Source: Candidatus Omnitrophota bacterium
GTDB lineage: Bacteria; Omnitrophota; Gorgyraeia; JAHJTE01
Direction: 5' to 3'
NCBI GenBank assembly: GCA_018830005.1
Contig: JAHJTE010000003.1
Location: 7,674-71,673 of the forward strand
DNA length: 64,000 nucleotides
Position 1 is the first letter of the stretch; every line of letters starts with the position of its first letter. The translations under genes were made by a program, and so were the position numbers. This document shows positions 11,185 to 21,291 of this stretch, in pieces. The notes beneath the pieces were generated by a model. The model worked only from the letters and a program-made list of their open reading frames with translations, ran no database searches and was not told the DNA's origin.

Positions 11185-12432
11185 TTACGGTTTCATTGAA
11201 AATATCTTCTTAGCGATATTCGGATGACTAGAGATAAATTTTAATTCATCTTCGGTTAGCGGCTTTTGATTATGGACATTGGCATAGCGAACAAGTTCCA
11301 GAATTTTTGTTGCCTCTTTATCATTTTCGAATTTTATCTCTAGTCTTTCGTAGACATTGCGGAATCCTTTGATGCCTGAGTATTCTCCTGCGGTGATTTT
11401 TCTGCCTGTCTCAACTATATCTGGCTCGCCTCTTCCCAATTCCTCAAAATCAAACAATTCATAGTTGCGTCTGTCTTTTAATGCGCCGTCGGCATGAATT
11501 CCGGATTCATGCGCAAAGGCATTTGCCCCAATCCCCGGCTGATTTATAGGAATCGGAACCCCTAAGGCATAAGAGGTATAAGTGCAAATCTTCCAAGCCA
11601 TTTTTAAGTTAATACGCTCATCCAAGACATATTTTCCTGAAATACCGTTAGCGTATTTAATAGCTAAGATTATACTCACAAGGTCAGCATTACCAGCGCG
11701 CTCTCCCATGCCGTTAACACAGGTATTTATATAAGCGTCAACACCAGCATCAATTGCTGCCATAGCTCCTGCAACTGAATTAGCTATAACCATTCCTAGA
11801 TCATTGTGACAATGTACCTCGATTGGCATCTTAACTCTGTTTGCAATTAATTTTATTCTATCATAAATAGTAAATGGCGATTCACAACCTAACGTATCAC
11901 AATAGCGTAAGCGCTCCGCCCCTGCAGCCTTAGCCGCCTGTGCAAATTCTAATAAATAGTCTATATTGGAACGTGATGCATCCTCAGCATTAACACCGAT
12001 ACTTTTAGCGCCTAATTGCTTTGCGAGCTTCACTGATTTGACCATCTCGGTTATTACGCCTTTATGGTCAAGTTTTCCCCTGAACTTATGGATAATCATC
12101 TGATCACTTGTTGAAATAGAAAGATTAACATAACGCAATCTGGGGATATTGCCAAACGCAGCCCTCACATCAGAAGACGTTGCCCGTAACCAGCCGCTAA
12201 GCCGAATAGGAGATAGAACCTGCGAAGATGCTAATTCTAAATTTGCACTTAGATAATTCTTTTCATGATTTGTAACCGGAAAACCGAATTCGGACTGAAA
12301 TACTCCTATCTGATTCAGATAAACATTAATCATTGTCTTCTGCAGCTTAGAAAGACATATGCGCGAAGTCTGCACGCCATCACGATTAGTCACATCAATA
12401 ATATAAATTTTTGGCTTTTTCATATCCATCAC
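11185..12432 (-). CDS. DRE-TIM (LeuA/NifV-family) acyltransferase, probable Re-citrate synthase (alternative: homocitrate synthase)
   Basis: DVTNRDGVQ, HCHNDLG, NGMGERAGNA, AHESGIH; no LeuA regulatory domain. Confidence 0.75.
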   Translation of the reverse strand: MMDMKKPKIYIIDVTNRDGVQTSRICLSKLQKTMINVYLNQIGVFQSEFGFPVTNHEKNYLSANLELASSQVLSPIRLSGWLRATSSDVRAAFGNIPRLRYVNLSISTSDQMIIHKFRGKLDHKGVITEMVKSVKLAKQLGAKSIGVNAEDASRSNIDYLLEFAQAAKAAGAERLRYCDTLGCESPFTIYDRIKLIANRVKMPIEVHCHNDLGMVIANSVAGAMAAIDAGVDAYINTCVNGMGERAGNADLVSIILAIKYANGISGKYVLDERINLKMAWKICTYTSYALGVPIPINQPGIGANAFAHESGIHADGALKDRRNYELFDFEELGRGEPDIVETGRKITAGEYSGIKGFRNVYERLEIKFENDKEATKILELVRYANVHNQKPLTEDELKFISSHPNIAKKIFSMKP

Positions 12433-12450
12433 CTGTAATGAAGCGCCTAA

Positions 12451-14031
12451 TTATAATTTGATGAGGCGCACTTTTTTAATATTTTTATTTTTCTTAAGTT
12501 GTGAGATTATTTTATCTGAAATCGGGCTATCAATATTTAAAACAGTAATTGCCTCACCACCGGCTGATTCCCTGCCGAATGTCATGGAGGCTATGTTTAT
12601 ATCATTCTTTCCTAGAATTGTTCCGACCGCACCTATAATGCCTGGTCTGTCGATATTATCTATTACAAGCATAAAACCAAAAGGTGAAATCTCAACATAG
12701 AAGTCCTTTATTATCACAATCCTTGGTTGCGCATTTTCTGAAAGCGTACCAGAGACCTTTAGTTGACCCTTATCCGTTTTTATTGCCACTTCGATTAAAT
12801 TAGTAAATCCTTCAACGCGATTAGATTTTGTCTCATTTATCTTTATCCTGCGCTCTTGGGCTAATGTTAAGGCATTTACGAAATTAACATTGTCTTGTAA
12901 GACCAAAGAAAGAATCCCCTTTGCTATTGCTAATGTCAATGCCTTCAAATCATATTTTACAATCTCACCGCTGTAGGCTATATTTACTTCTTTTATTCTC
13001 CCCTCTACCATCTGGGCCGCAAAAGAGCCTAATTTCTCAGCCAGGATTATGTAAGGATTCATTACCTTGCATACCTCAGCCTCTAGACAGGGATAATTAG
13101 CAGCATTGCGAATTCCGCCTCCGCATAAAGTATCCCTTACCTGCTCAGCAATTTGAACAGCAACATTAACCTGTGCCTCAGCAGTTGAAGCGCCTAGATG
13201 AGGAGTAAGAACGCAACCATCTAAATTAATAAATTCTTTATTGTCTGGTGGCTCTTTTACGTAGACATCCAAGGCAAAACCGCCTATTTTACCTTCTTTA
13301 ACTGCCGTAATAAGTACCTTCTCATCAACTATACCGCCTCTGGCACAATTAATGATTCTAACGTTTTTCTTCATCAGCTTTAAAGATTTAGCTGAGATAA
13401 TATTTCGAGTCTCATCAGTCAAGGGCGTGTGTACGCTAATGTAATCGCTACGGGAAAATAGTACTTTTAATTCTACTAGCTCAACCCCTGACTGCCTTGC
13501 CACCTCTTCCGATAAAAATGGATCGTAGGCAATTACTGTCATCCCAAAGCTGAGCGCTCTCTTGGCAACCTCACTTCCAATCTTACCCATACCAACAAGC
13601 CCTAAGGTCTTGCCGTAAAGTTCAATGCCCATAAATTTGGAACGATTCCAGTCACCCTTTTTCATAGAGGCATCAGCAGAAGCTATATTCCTAGATAAAG
13701 AAAGTATGAGACTCAACGTATGTTCAGCTGTCGAGATGGTATTTCCGGCAGGAGTATTCATAACAATGATACCTTTCCTATTGGCAGCCTGTAAATCTAC
13801 ATTATCAAGACCCACGCCGGCTCTACCTATTACTTTAAGTTTTTTGGCTGCATCAATAATATCTTTGGTAACCTTTGTAGAACTTCTTACAATCAAGGCG
13901 TCATAATCTTTAATAATGCTTTTGAGTTCCTTTGGAGAAAGGTCTGTTTTAACGTCAACCTTAAAGCTTTTTTCTGAATTTAAAATCTTTAAACCTCTTT
14001 CAGCAAGTTTATCGCTGACTAAAATACGCAT
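12451..14031 (-). CDS. serA: D-3-phosphoglycerate dehydrogenase (long form with ASB and ACT domains)
   Basis: GRAGVGLDNVD, NCARGG, TPHLGAST; C-terminal DRPGIIG ACT domain. Confidence 0.96.
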   Translation of the reverse strand: MRILVSDKLAERGLKILNSEKSFKVDVKTDLSPKELKSIIKDYDALIVRSSTKVTKDIIDAAKKLKVIGRAGVGLDNVDLQAANRKGIIVMNTPAGNTISTAEHTLSLILSLSRNIASADASMKKGDWNRSKFMGIELYGKTLGLVGMGKIGSEVAKRALSFGMTVIAYDPFLSEEVARQSGVELVELKVLFSRSDYISVHTPLTDETRNIISAKSLKLMKKNVRIINCARGGIVDEKVLITAVKEGKIGGFALDVYVKEPPDNKEFINLDGCVLTPHLGASTAEAQVNVAVQIAEQVRDTLCGGGIRNAANYPCLEAEVCKVMNPYIILAEKLGSFAAQMVEGRIKEVNIAYSGEIVKYDLKALTLAIAKGILSLVLQDNVNFVNALTLAQERRIKINETKSNRVEGFTNLIEVAIKTDKGQLKVSGTLSENAQPRIVIIKDFYVEISPFGFMLVIDNIDRPGIIGAVGTILGKNDINIASMTFGRESAGGEAITVLNIDSPISDKIISQLKKNKNIKKVRLIKL

Positions 14032-14092
14032 TGCATCCTCCGCATCTTAAAATTTACAATGAAAGACCCTAAATCTATATCGTATCCAAGAT

Positions 14093-14121
14093 ATTCTACG
14101 ACAATTCAGAAGAAAAAGCAA
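14093..14121 (-). promoter_or_regulatory. Sigma70-type promoter for the serA operon
   Basis: TTGCTT-17-TAGAAT. Confidence 0.5.
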
Positions 14122-14192
14122 CAAAATCAGTAAAATTAGTTCTAGTGGATTGAATTAGTAACGGAATGATCAAAACCAGGAAAGTCGCCTAA

Positions 14193-14699
14193 TCAGTTAG
14201 ACTCACTTTTAGAAGACGTCCTTTTTGATTTCAATTTCCTCATTGCCCCAATCCTTCTATACCAAGGAAGATAATCAATTAATAATCTCCCCTTTAGATG
14301 ATCAATCTCATGCTGTATAACTACGGCCAAAAGATCTTCTGCAGAAAGCGTAATCTTCTGATTGTGTTCATTAAGGGCTTTGACCTTGATTTTCTTTGCT
14401 CGCTTTACCTTGACTCTGATTTCCGGCAAGCTCAGGCATCCTTCTTCTATTGATTGAGAGCCTTGGGCCAGGCAAATCTTAGGATTGGCTAATTTCAATG
14501 CCTTATCTCCTAAATCGACCACTAACATCTGTTTATTTAAACCTACCTGGCAGGCAGCAAGGCCCACGCCGCCTGCTTCACGCATCAAGTTGACCATCTC
14601 TTGGAAAATGCGCTTTTCCTCATCTGCCACCTCTCTAATCGCAACGCACTTTTTGCGCAAGATGGAATCACCGTATATCTTTATCTGCATAACCATCAC
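14193..14699 (-). CDS. def: Peptide deformylase
   Basis: GVGLAACQVG, EEGCLS, QHEIDHL. Confidence 0.97.
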   Translation of the reverse strand: MMVMQIKIYGDSILRKKCVAIREVADEEKRIFQEMVNLMREAGGVGLAACQVGLNKQMLVVDLGDKALKLANPKICLAQGSQSIEEGCLSLPEIRVKVKRAKKIKVKALNEHNQKITLSAEDLLAVVIQHEIDHLKGRLLIDYLPWYRRIGAMRKLKSKRTSSKSESN

Positions 14700-14787
14700 C
14701 TAATATAAGACTCTTTATAATATCACTCTTTTAGTATTAGCACAATGGGAATAGCTAAAAAGGAAGGATATAACTCTTCATAACAAG

Positions 14788-17700
14788 TTAGCCTTGGGAC
14801 TTATTATCTTTTGAGTGGTTCGCCCTTACAGTAGCATGGTGGACTAACCTTAAAGTTATATCATCAACAATGGCATAGATACAAGGCATAACAATAAGGG
14901 TAAGAAAAGTAGCAAAAAGCAGACCCCAGGCCATTGTCAACGCCATGGGTTTTAGAAATGGGTCAGATCCGCCGATTCCATAAGCAACAGTACTTAAACC
15001 TGCTACAGTGGTCACTGTAGTAAGGATAACTGGCCGTAAGCGCAGGCTTCCTGCCTCCATAATAGAAATACGTCTGTCTACGCCTTTCTTCCTCATCTTA
15101 TTGATTACATCCACAAGGATTATGGAATCATTTACTACAATACCAGCCAAGCCTACTAACCCGAGTAGCACAAAGAAACTAAATGGCTTTCCATGAATAA
15201 GAAGCGCAACCACTACCCCAACTATACCATAAGGAATAGTAAGCATGACCACAAATGGCTGGATCAAGGAATTAAACTGTGTTGCCAGAATCAAAAATAT
15301 GAGAAAGAAGGCAATCCAGAATGCCTGCATGAGGCTATGCATAGATTTCATGGTCTCTTCAGCCTCACCGCCAAAGACTAAATTATATCCCGGATATTTA
15401 TTAGATATTTCCTTGAACCTCTTGGCAACTAATTCGTTTGCCTTGCTGGAAGTAATATTTTTATTATCTACTGCCGCAGTTACTGCTATATTGCGCCGGC
15501 CATCCAAATGCGTAATAGTACGCATCCCCTTTTGTCGGCTGACGCTTGCTACAGCAGAAAGCCTTACTAATTTACCTTTTTCATTAACTACAAGGAGGTC
15601 TTTAAATACATTTAAATTATTACGTTGTGCTTCAGGCAAACGCACCAATACCTTTATTTCCTCCTCGGCCTTTGAACGGGTAATCGTCGAGGCCAGTCCG
15701 CCGCCAAAGGCATTGCGTATACTTTCTGCAACCTGACCTAGAGTTAAATCTGCCTTAAGTGCCTTTTCTTCATCAATGCTAATCTGTAACTCATTTACGC
15801 CTAAATCATAACTGTCATTAATATCATAGACGCCTTTTAAGGTCCCTAAGTACTGTTTGATCTCGCTAGCTATCTCTAAAAGTGAATGGTAGTCATCTCC
15901 ACGAATGCTGATATCAACTGCCTTTCCTACAGGAGGGCCTTCCTTAAGCTCTCTGAAATATAACTTCTCTAATCCAGGCAGCTTTTCTTTCAACTCCTCC
16001 AACTGAGGCCGCAGACTCTCAACAATCTCTTTAGCAGTCTTATCGCGCTTTTGCGCTGCTGTAAGATAGACCATGATTTGAGCTAAGTTAGTGCCCTCTT
16101 TTTGCTGTGGATCAAATCCGCTCTCTTCAGTAAGGACACCGATCTGGGTCTCGTAAGTATCCAAATATTCCTGCGGCATCTGGCTAACAAAGGCCTCAAC
16201 TGGCTGGATAAGATCCTGCATACGCTCTAAAGATGTTCCTTCCGGTGCCTCCGCCCGAATCATAAACTGCTCAACTCCTTCTGAACCAAAAAGGATAAAT
16301 GGAACAAAGAACTTAGCAATGACTAGGGCACTAATAAAGACTACAGCCATGCCTATGGCAACCTTATAGCGATAGACAAGTGCCCTAGCCAAAAGTCCCT
16401 TATAACTCTTTAGTAAGAACTGGAACCATCTCGAATCTTTTTTTGCCGCAATTTTACCCTGTTTATCTTTTTTAAGCGGCCTCATAAAATCACTCAAATG
16501 GCTTGGCAAGATTAAAAACGCCTCAATCAGGCTTGCGCTTAAAGACAGGATGATTACAAGCGGTATTGCCCTAATAAACTTACCTAATATTCCAGTCATA
16601 AATAAAAGGGGCAAGAATGCAGCAATGGTAGTCAATACAGTAGCGGTGACGGGGGCTATGACCTCACTTGTTCCTTTAATCGCCGCCTCTTTAGGAGGCA
16701 TACCTGCTTCAATGTAGCGATAGACATTCTCTGAAATTATTATACCGTCGTCTACGAGTATACCTAAGACAAGAATTAAACCAAACATGGTGATAAGGTT
16801 AATGCTCATACCCAATAAATTCATTATCCAGAAAGTAGCAAGCATTGCAATGGGTATGCCCATTGTGGTAAAGATGGCTGTGCGCGGATGCAGGAATAAA
16901 AAGAGTGTAAACAGGACAAAGAAAAATGCGATTATGCCGTTTGACCGAACTACATTAAGACGCCTTCTGATATAATAGGAAAGGTCATAAAAGGTAGAGA
17001 CCTTTACATTCTCTGGCGCATTAATCGCAAAAGCAGTAATTTCCTTCTTAACATCATCCACAATATTTATCGCATCTGCGCTTTCACGTTTTATAACCGT
17101 TAAGGTGATTGCGCGACTGCCCACTACCCTATTAATCTCGCGTTCATCTTCAAATGTATGGCGTACCTCGGCAATATCTTTAACCCGCAGCCAGTTTCCT
17201 AAATCATTAGCCCTGATAACGCTTTGCTCGATTTCACTTCTGTCTTTAAATTCTGCATCGGTCTTTATGTTAAACTCTATATCGCCATCAGTGAGCCTAC
17301 CTGCGGGCAGGGTTACGTTGCGCCTGGCAATAGCGTCCATAATCTCCTCAAGCGAAATATAATATTCTTTCATCTTGGAGATATCTGGTTCTACCCAGTA
17401 TTCCTCATCGCGCCATCCTAAACGCGAGACCTTAGCCACGCCATCAATATCCTCTAATCTTTCTTTGAGTTGATCAGCCGCTTCCCGAAGCTGAAATTCA
17501 TCTTCCGGGCCGCTTAAGGCCACCTTTATTACTGGAATCTGCTTACTGGAAATCTCTACTACCTGGGGATGTTGATCAACAGCTTTGGGAAAATCACTAA
17601 CCCTATCTACTGCCTTCTGGATATCATCAACCACCTTGCTCTTATCCGAGGCATCAGGAGAAATCTCAATGCCGATGATTGAGGCGCCATCGATTGAACG

Positions 17701-17946
17701 CGAGCTGATACTATGCACGTTGTCGACCTCTTTAAGCTCCTTCTCTAACTTGCTAGTCAGGAGCCTCTCTACCTCTTTGGCCCCTGCGCCTTTATAGAAG
17801 GTACTAACAATAACAGTATCAAAAGAGACCTCTGGAAATGCCTCACGTCTTAAACTAAGAATCGAGAAGGTCCCGGCAATCACAAAAAAGACAGAAAGTA
17901 GATTCACAAACAAAGAATGTTTTACTGAAAACTCAGCGATTTTCAT
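14788..17946 (-). CDS. RND efflux permease (AcrB/AcrD/AcrF family)
   Basis: 1052 aa two-repeat RND architecture; GILVDDGII, GIVVNDSI, RLRPVILTT. Confidence 0.93.
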   Translation of the reverse strand: MKIAEFSVKHSLFVNLLSVFFVIAGTFSILSLRREAFPEVSFDTVIVSTFYKGAGAKEVERLLTSKLEKELKEVDNVHSISSRSIDGASIIGIEISPDASDKSKVVDDIQKAVDRVSDFPKAVDQHPQVVEISSKQIPVIKVALSGPEDEFQLREAADQLKERLEDIDGVAKVSRLGWRDEEYWVEPDISKMKEYYISLEEIMDAIARRNVTLPAGRLTDGDIEFNIKTDAEFKDRSEIEQSVIRANDLGNWLRVKDIAEVRHTFEDEREINRVVGSRAITLTVIKRESADAINIVDDVKKEITAFAINAPENVKVSTFYDLSYYIRRRLNVVRSNGIIAFFFVLFTLFLFLHPRTAIFTTMGIPIAMLATFWIMNLLGMSINLITMFGLILVLGILVDDGIIISENVYRYIEAGMPPKEAAIKGTSEVIAPVTATVLTTIAAFLPLLFMTGILGKFIRAIPLVIILSLSASLIEAFLILPSHLSDFMRPLKKDKQGKIAAKKDSRWFQFLLKSYKGLLARALVYRYKVAIGMAVVFISALVIAKFFVPFILFGSEGVEQFMIRAEAPEGTSLERMQDLIQPVEAFVSQMPQEYLDTYETQIGVLTEESGFDPQQKEGTNLAQIMVYLTAAQKRDKTAKEIVESLRPQLEELKEKLPGLEKLYFRELKEGPPVGKAVDISIRGDDYHSLLEIASEIKQYLGTLKGVYDINDSYDLGVNELQISIDEEKALKADLTLGQVAESIRNAFGGGLASTITRSKAEEEIKVLVRLPEAQRNNLNVFKDLLVVNEKGKLVRLSAVASVSRQKGMRTITHLDGRRNIAVTAAVDNKNITSSKANELVAKRFKEISNKYPGYNLVFGGEAEETMKSMHSLMQAFWIAFFLIFLILATQFNSLIQPFVVMLTIPYGIVGVVVALLIHGKPFSFFVLLGLVGLAGIVVNDSIILVDVINKMRKKGVDRRISIMEAGSLRLRPVILTTVTTVAGLSTVAYGIGGSDPFLKPMALTMAWGLLFATFLTLIVMPCIYAIVDDITLRLVHHATVRANHSKDNKSQG

Positions 17947-19427
17947 TATAATTCATCCTTCCAGTATTTATCCAGTAACGTATTGCAAGCAACATCTAGA
18001 TCTATCAACTTTTCTTGGTAGTCGTAGATAGATTGCACCAGAGATAATTTGGCATTCAATACGTCTTCATGATAACTAATTAATGTATCACTATCAGACC
18101 TTCCAAAGCCAAAACGCAAATTTTCTGCTGCCAATTTTTTTGCCTCTAAACTAACAATACGTTTGCTGGTTATGGTCTTGCCAATGGCAATATTGACCTG
18201 CTTTACCTTATCATGTAGTTCGCTTACTATCTTCTTCTCTACTTTCTTAAGTAGGACAATCTGTTTTGCCTTCTCTAACTGGGCCTGCTTTAATTTTCCT
18301 CTAGCATCTCTGTTCTCTAAAGGAAGCGAGAATGAAATGCCAATAAAGGATTCCGGGTTATCTTCTTCTCCTATTAGCTTTGCTGCTGTGCCGAAATTGC
18401 TATCTACGCCATTTCGCTTGAATGAAGCATCCAAGTCGATCTCTGGCCATAAATTATTTTTTTTCATCTCTAAATTTATGTCTTTCTTTTCCAAGTGAAC
18501 CTTCTCTTCTTTGTAGTCCCGCCTGTTATCAATCGCAATTTTCAAGGCCTGGATAAGATCTTTTTTTTCAGGCAAGAATAACAATTCATCCTCTGTCCTG
18601 ATATCCATATCAAAGCTCTCATCATCAGCATTAATCTCAAGTAATAAATCGTCTCCAGCCAGATTAAGCAAATCATAGGCAGTCAATAGATCTGATTCTC
18701 GCTTTAAGACAAGGGTATCTATAGCAAAGATTTCCGGATCCTCCACTAAACCAACGCTATATTTGTTCTTATAAATAGAGGCTAGCTCTTGCGCCTTTTC
18801 TAGCATTTCCTTTTTTATTCTCAACTCTTCTTTTCTTAACACCAGTTTCCAGTAAGCCTTTTGCGCGCTAGATAAATATTGCTCAATTTTACCCAGGCTG
18901 GAATAATCAGAGGCCTTTATTTGCAATTTAGTTATCTTGACATCACCTCTATCAATAAGACCAAAGAAATTCTTTCCTAAAGACTGCTTAATAGAAAACT
19001 CCAGGCTCACATCATGGGAAGGATTAAGGCTGGCAAAAGTAGAATTACTAAAGCTGCGTACATCCTCTGCCTCTATACCCAAGGTGGTTCCAGTAGGCAA
19101 TTTCTTCTCCAGGCCTATATTTTTTTCTGAGGTTATTGCCTTAGAGCCAAAAATGGTACTTGTTCTTCCAAGTTGATCATCTGTATATCTAATATGGCCT
19201 GAAAGTATAGTGTCAAATATGGATTGAGTAATCATATCATCTGCCCGCTTGATATATGCATCTAATCTGGCAATCTGGATATCAAGATTATTATATAAGG
19301 CCAGGGCGCTGACATCTTCAATTGAAAGGTATAGAATATCCCTTATCTCCTCAGTCTCATCTGCACGAGAAGACAAAGAGAATATATGAATTACTGCCAA
19401 TGTTATAATAAAGATATTCCTAATCAT
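17946..19427 (-). CDS. TolC-family outer membrane factor
   Basis: Signal peptide; AL.NN.DI and coiled-coil OEP repeats; SLPLENR; coupled to the RND gene. Confidence 0.88.
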   Translation of the reverse strand: MIRNIFIITLAVIHIFSLSSRADETEEIRDILYLSIEDVSALALYNNLDIQIARLDAYIKRADDMITQSIFDTILSGHIRYTDDQLGRTSTIFGSKAITSEKNIGLEKKLPTGTTLGIEAEDVRSFSNSTFASLNPSHDVSLEFSIKQSLGKNFFGLIDRGDVKITKLQIKASDYSSLGKIEQYLSSAQKAYWKLVLRKEELRIKKEMLEKAQELASIYKNKYSVGLVEDPEIFAIDTLVLKRESDLLTAYDLLNLAGDDLLLEINADDESFDMDIRTEDELLFLPEKKDLIQALKIAIDNRRDYKEEKVHLEKKDINLEMKKNNLWPEIDLDASFKRNGVDSNFGTAAKLIGEEDNPESFIGISFSLPLENRDARGKLKQAQLEKAKQIVLLKKVEKKIVSELHDKVKQVNIAIGKTITSKRIVSLEAKKLAAENLRFGFGRSDSDTLISYHEDVLNAKLSLVQSIYDYQEKLIDLDVACNTLLDKYWKDEL

Positions 19428-19894
19428 TGTGTCTTCTTGTTTTCTTTTCGATGTTCTTCGGAAACAATAACGCTAATCTTCTCTAATATCCTCAAATATT
19501 CCTGCCGGTCTTTTTGGTCTAATTTGGAAAAAATACTCATAACTGCTGCCTTCCTTTGCTCCCTGATTTTCTTCACTAAATTCTCTGCCTTAGGAGTTAA
19601 TGCGATTCTGATAATACGCCTATCTTTTTTATCAAAAAGCCGTTTTACCAAGCCTATTTTATGTAATCTATCGACTAAGCCGCTCATTGCCGGAAGACTT
19701 ACCCCGATATGTATAGCTAATACGCTCATCTTTAAAGAGCCATAGCGAAAGATTAAATCTAAGACTATAAATTGAGGCAGGCTAACCTTTCCACGGAATA
19801 GATCATCTTTCTGTGTGCGCATTACTCCGCGCATGACCGCAGGCATAAGCTCTACAAATCTGCTTACAACTTCTTGTGTACTAAGAGTTTGCAT
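19424..19894 (-). CDS. MarR-family transcriptional regulator
   Basis: wHTH; GLVDRLHKIGLVKR...DRR...LTPKA. Confidence 0.93.
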   Translation of the reverse strand: MQTLSTQEVVSRFVELMPAVMRGVMRTQKDDLFRGKVSLPQFIVLDLIFRYGSLKMSVLAIHIGVSLPAMSGLVDRLHKIGLVKRLFDKKDRRIIRIALTPKAENLVKKIREQRKAAVMSIFSKLDQKDRQEYLRILEKISVIVSEEHRKENKKTQ

Positions 19895-19908
19895 TTTAAG
19901 CCCCTACT

Positions 19909-19985
19909 ATAATTAATATTGCTAATAGTTAATATCCTTAATTATTCTTGATATTAACTATACCTTATAGATGCCAAATTGTCAA
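19909..19985 (-). promoter_or_regulatory. marR promoter with overlapping inverted-repeat operator
   Basis: TTGACA(19985-19980)-17-TATAGT(19962-19957); perfect 12-bp inverted repeat ATAGTTAATATC (19925-19936) / GATATTAACTAT (19950-19961). Confidence 0.7.
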
Positions 19986-20048
19986 GTCCTAAATTGGCTA
20001 TTTGTTTTTTTAGTTAAATTGGCTTGGGTCCAACCCAGAGGAAAGAAC

Positions 20049-21269
20049 TTAAGGAAGGTTTGAACTTAAACCTATATTAAGACCTTTAAAGACTCTTTCG
20101 AGTCTTGGCAAACTGAGGATATTCATATCTACTAAAACCTGACCTAAATGCATATTAGTATTCCAATGCCTTAAGAGCGCACTTTCCAGCTGTCGAGGAT
20201 TAATTAGTTTTTTATCTAATAATATCTGACCTAATGGCTTATAGCTCTTAGCCTTATTCTTGAGACGATTAGTTCGATGACTAGGCACCTCTTTATCTTC
20301 ATCAAAATTTTGTGCTTGTTCTTTGCTAGCTGTCTTTCTTCTATTGACCAAACTTCTGCTATGTTTGTGCTTTTTAAGATAGCTTTTAATCTCAAAAGCA
20401 ATCTCAACGAATTCAATCAAATTATTAATATTTCTATGTAAATTATTTACGATAGCGATAGATAACCCCATGAGGGGAAAATTGATTATCTTTCCTAATC
20501 TGTCCTTGATTCTTATAAAGCCTTTGTTTCTATCCAGGACAGAGTAGTGAAAAAGGATAAGCTTATCAAATTCATCAATAATGAATCGTGCAATATTTGT
20601 TTCGCGCTGCGGCTGCGTTATGACAACAAAATCATCGCCGCCAATATGAAATAGGAAATCCTCGCCCTGGCCAAATTGCTTAACCGCGGAAGTGATAATA
20701 TGAACTGTCTGCATAATAACCGCATCTCCCAACTTGTAACCATACTTATCATTAAATGATTTAAAATTATTTATATCACAATATAGAAAAGAAAGCGTCT
20801 GTTTAGCCGCTAATTTGCCCTGCACAGTCTTCTCCAACATTCTACTGCCTGGTAATTTTGATAAAGGATTGGCGAAAAATTGATGCTCCGTCCTTCGCAA
20901 GGCCATCTCTATACGCACCTCTAGATCAATTGGATCAGGAGGTTTAGTCAGATAATCATCAAGACCCTGCTCAATCTGTAAAATATCCCGACGCACATTC
21001 TTTTTTCTGATCATCAATAAGAGTGGTATGTGCGCATTATGATAATCAGATTTTAATAACTTAATAACTCCAAAGCCATCAAGACCAGGTAAATCACAAT
21101 CAATGATAATCAAATCAGGTGCAACTCTTGATATAAGCTCGAATGCTGAGGTTCCATCTTTAGTCCAGAGGACATCATATCCCCAACTCTTAATTAACAT
21201 GATAATAATCTCAGCGCAATTGGTATCGTTTGAAGCTAATAGAATTTTTTTACCTTTTGACTCTACCAT
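20049..21269 (-). CDS. REC-GGDEF(GGDDF)-MshEN protein
   Basis: N-terminal receiver (PDLIIID, KP); DINNFKSFNDKYG...HIGGDDF; C-terminal PLGQILL...HLGQVLV tandem motif. Confidence 0.85.
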   Translation of the reverse strand: MVESKGKKILLASNDTNCAEIIIMLIKSWGYDVLWTKDGTSAFELISRVAPDLIIIDCDLPGLDGFGVIKLLKSDYHNAHIPLLLMIRKKNVRRDILQIEQGLDDYLTKPPDPIDLEVRIEMALRRTEHQFFANPLSKLPGSRMLEKTVQGKLAAKQTLSFLYCDINNFKSFNDKYGYKLGDAVIMQTVHIITSAVKQFGQGEDFLFHIGGDDFVVITQPQRETNIARFIIDEFDKLILFHYSVLDRNKGFIRIKDRLGKIINFPLMGLSIAIVNNLHRNINNLIEFVEIAFEIKSYLKKHKHSRSLVNRRKTASKEQAQNFDEDKEVPSHRTNRLKNKAKSYKPLGQILLDKKLINPRQLESALLRHWNTNMHLGQVLVDMNILSLPRLERVFKGLNIGLSSNLP

Positions 21270-21291
21270 AATTAAATTAATGGATTTAAAA

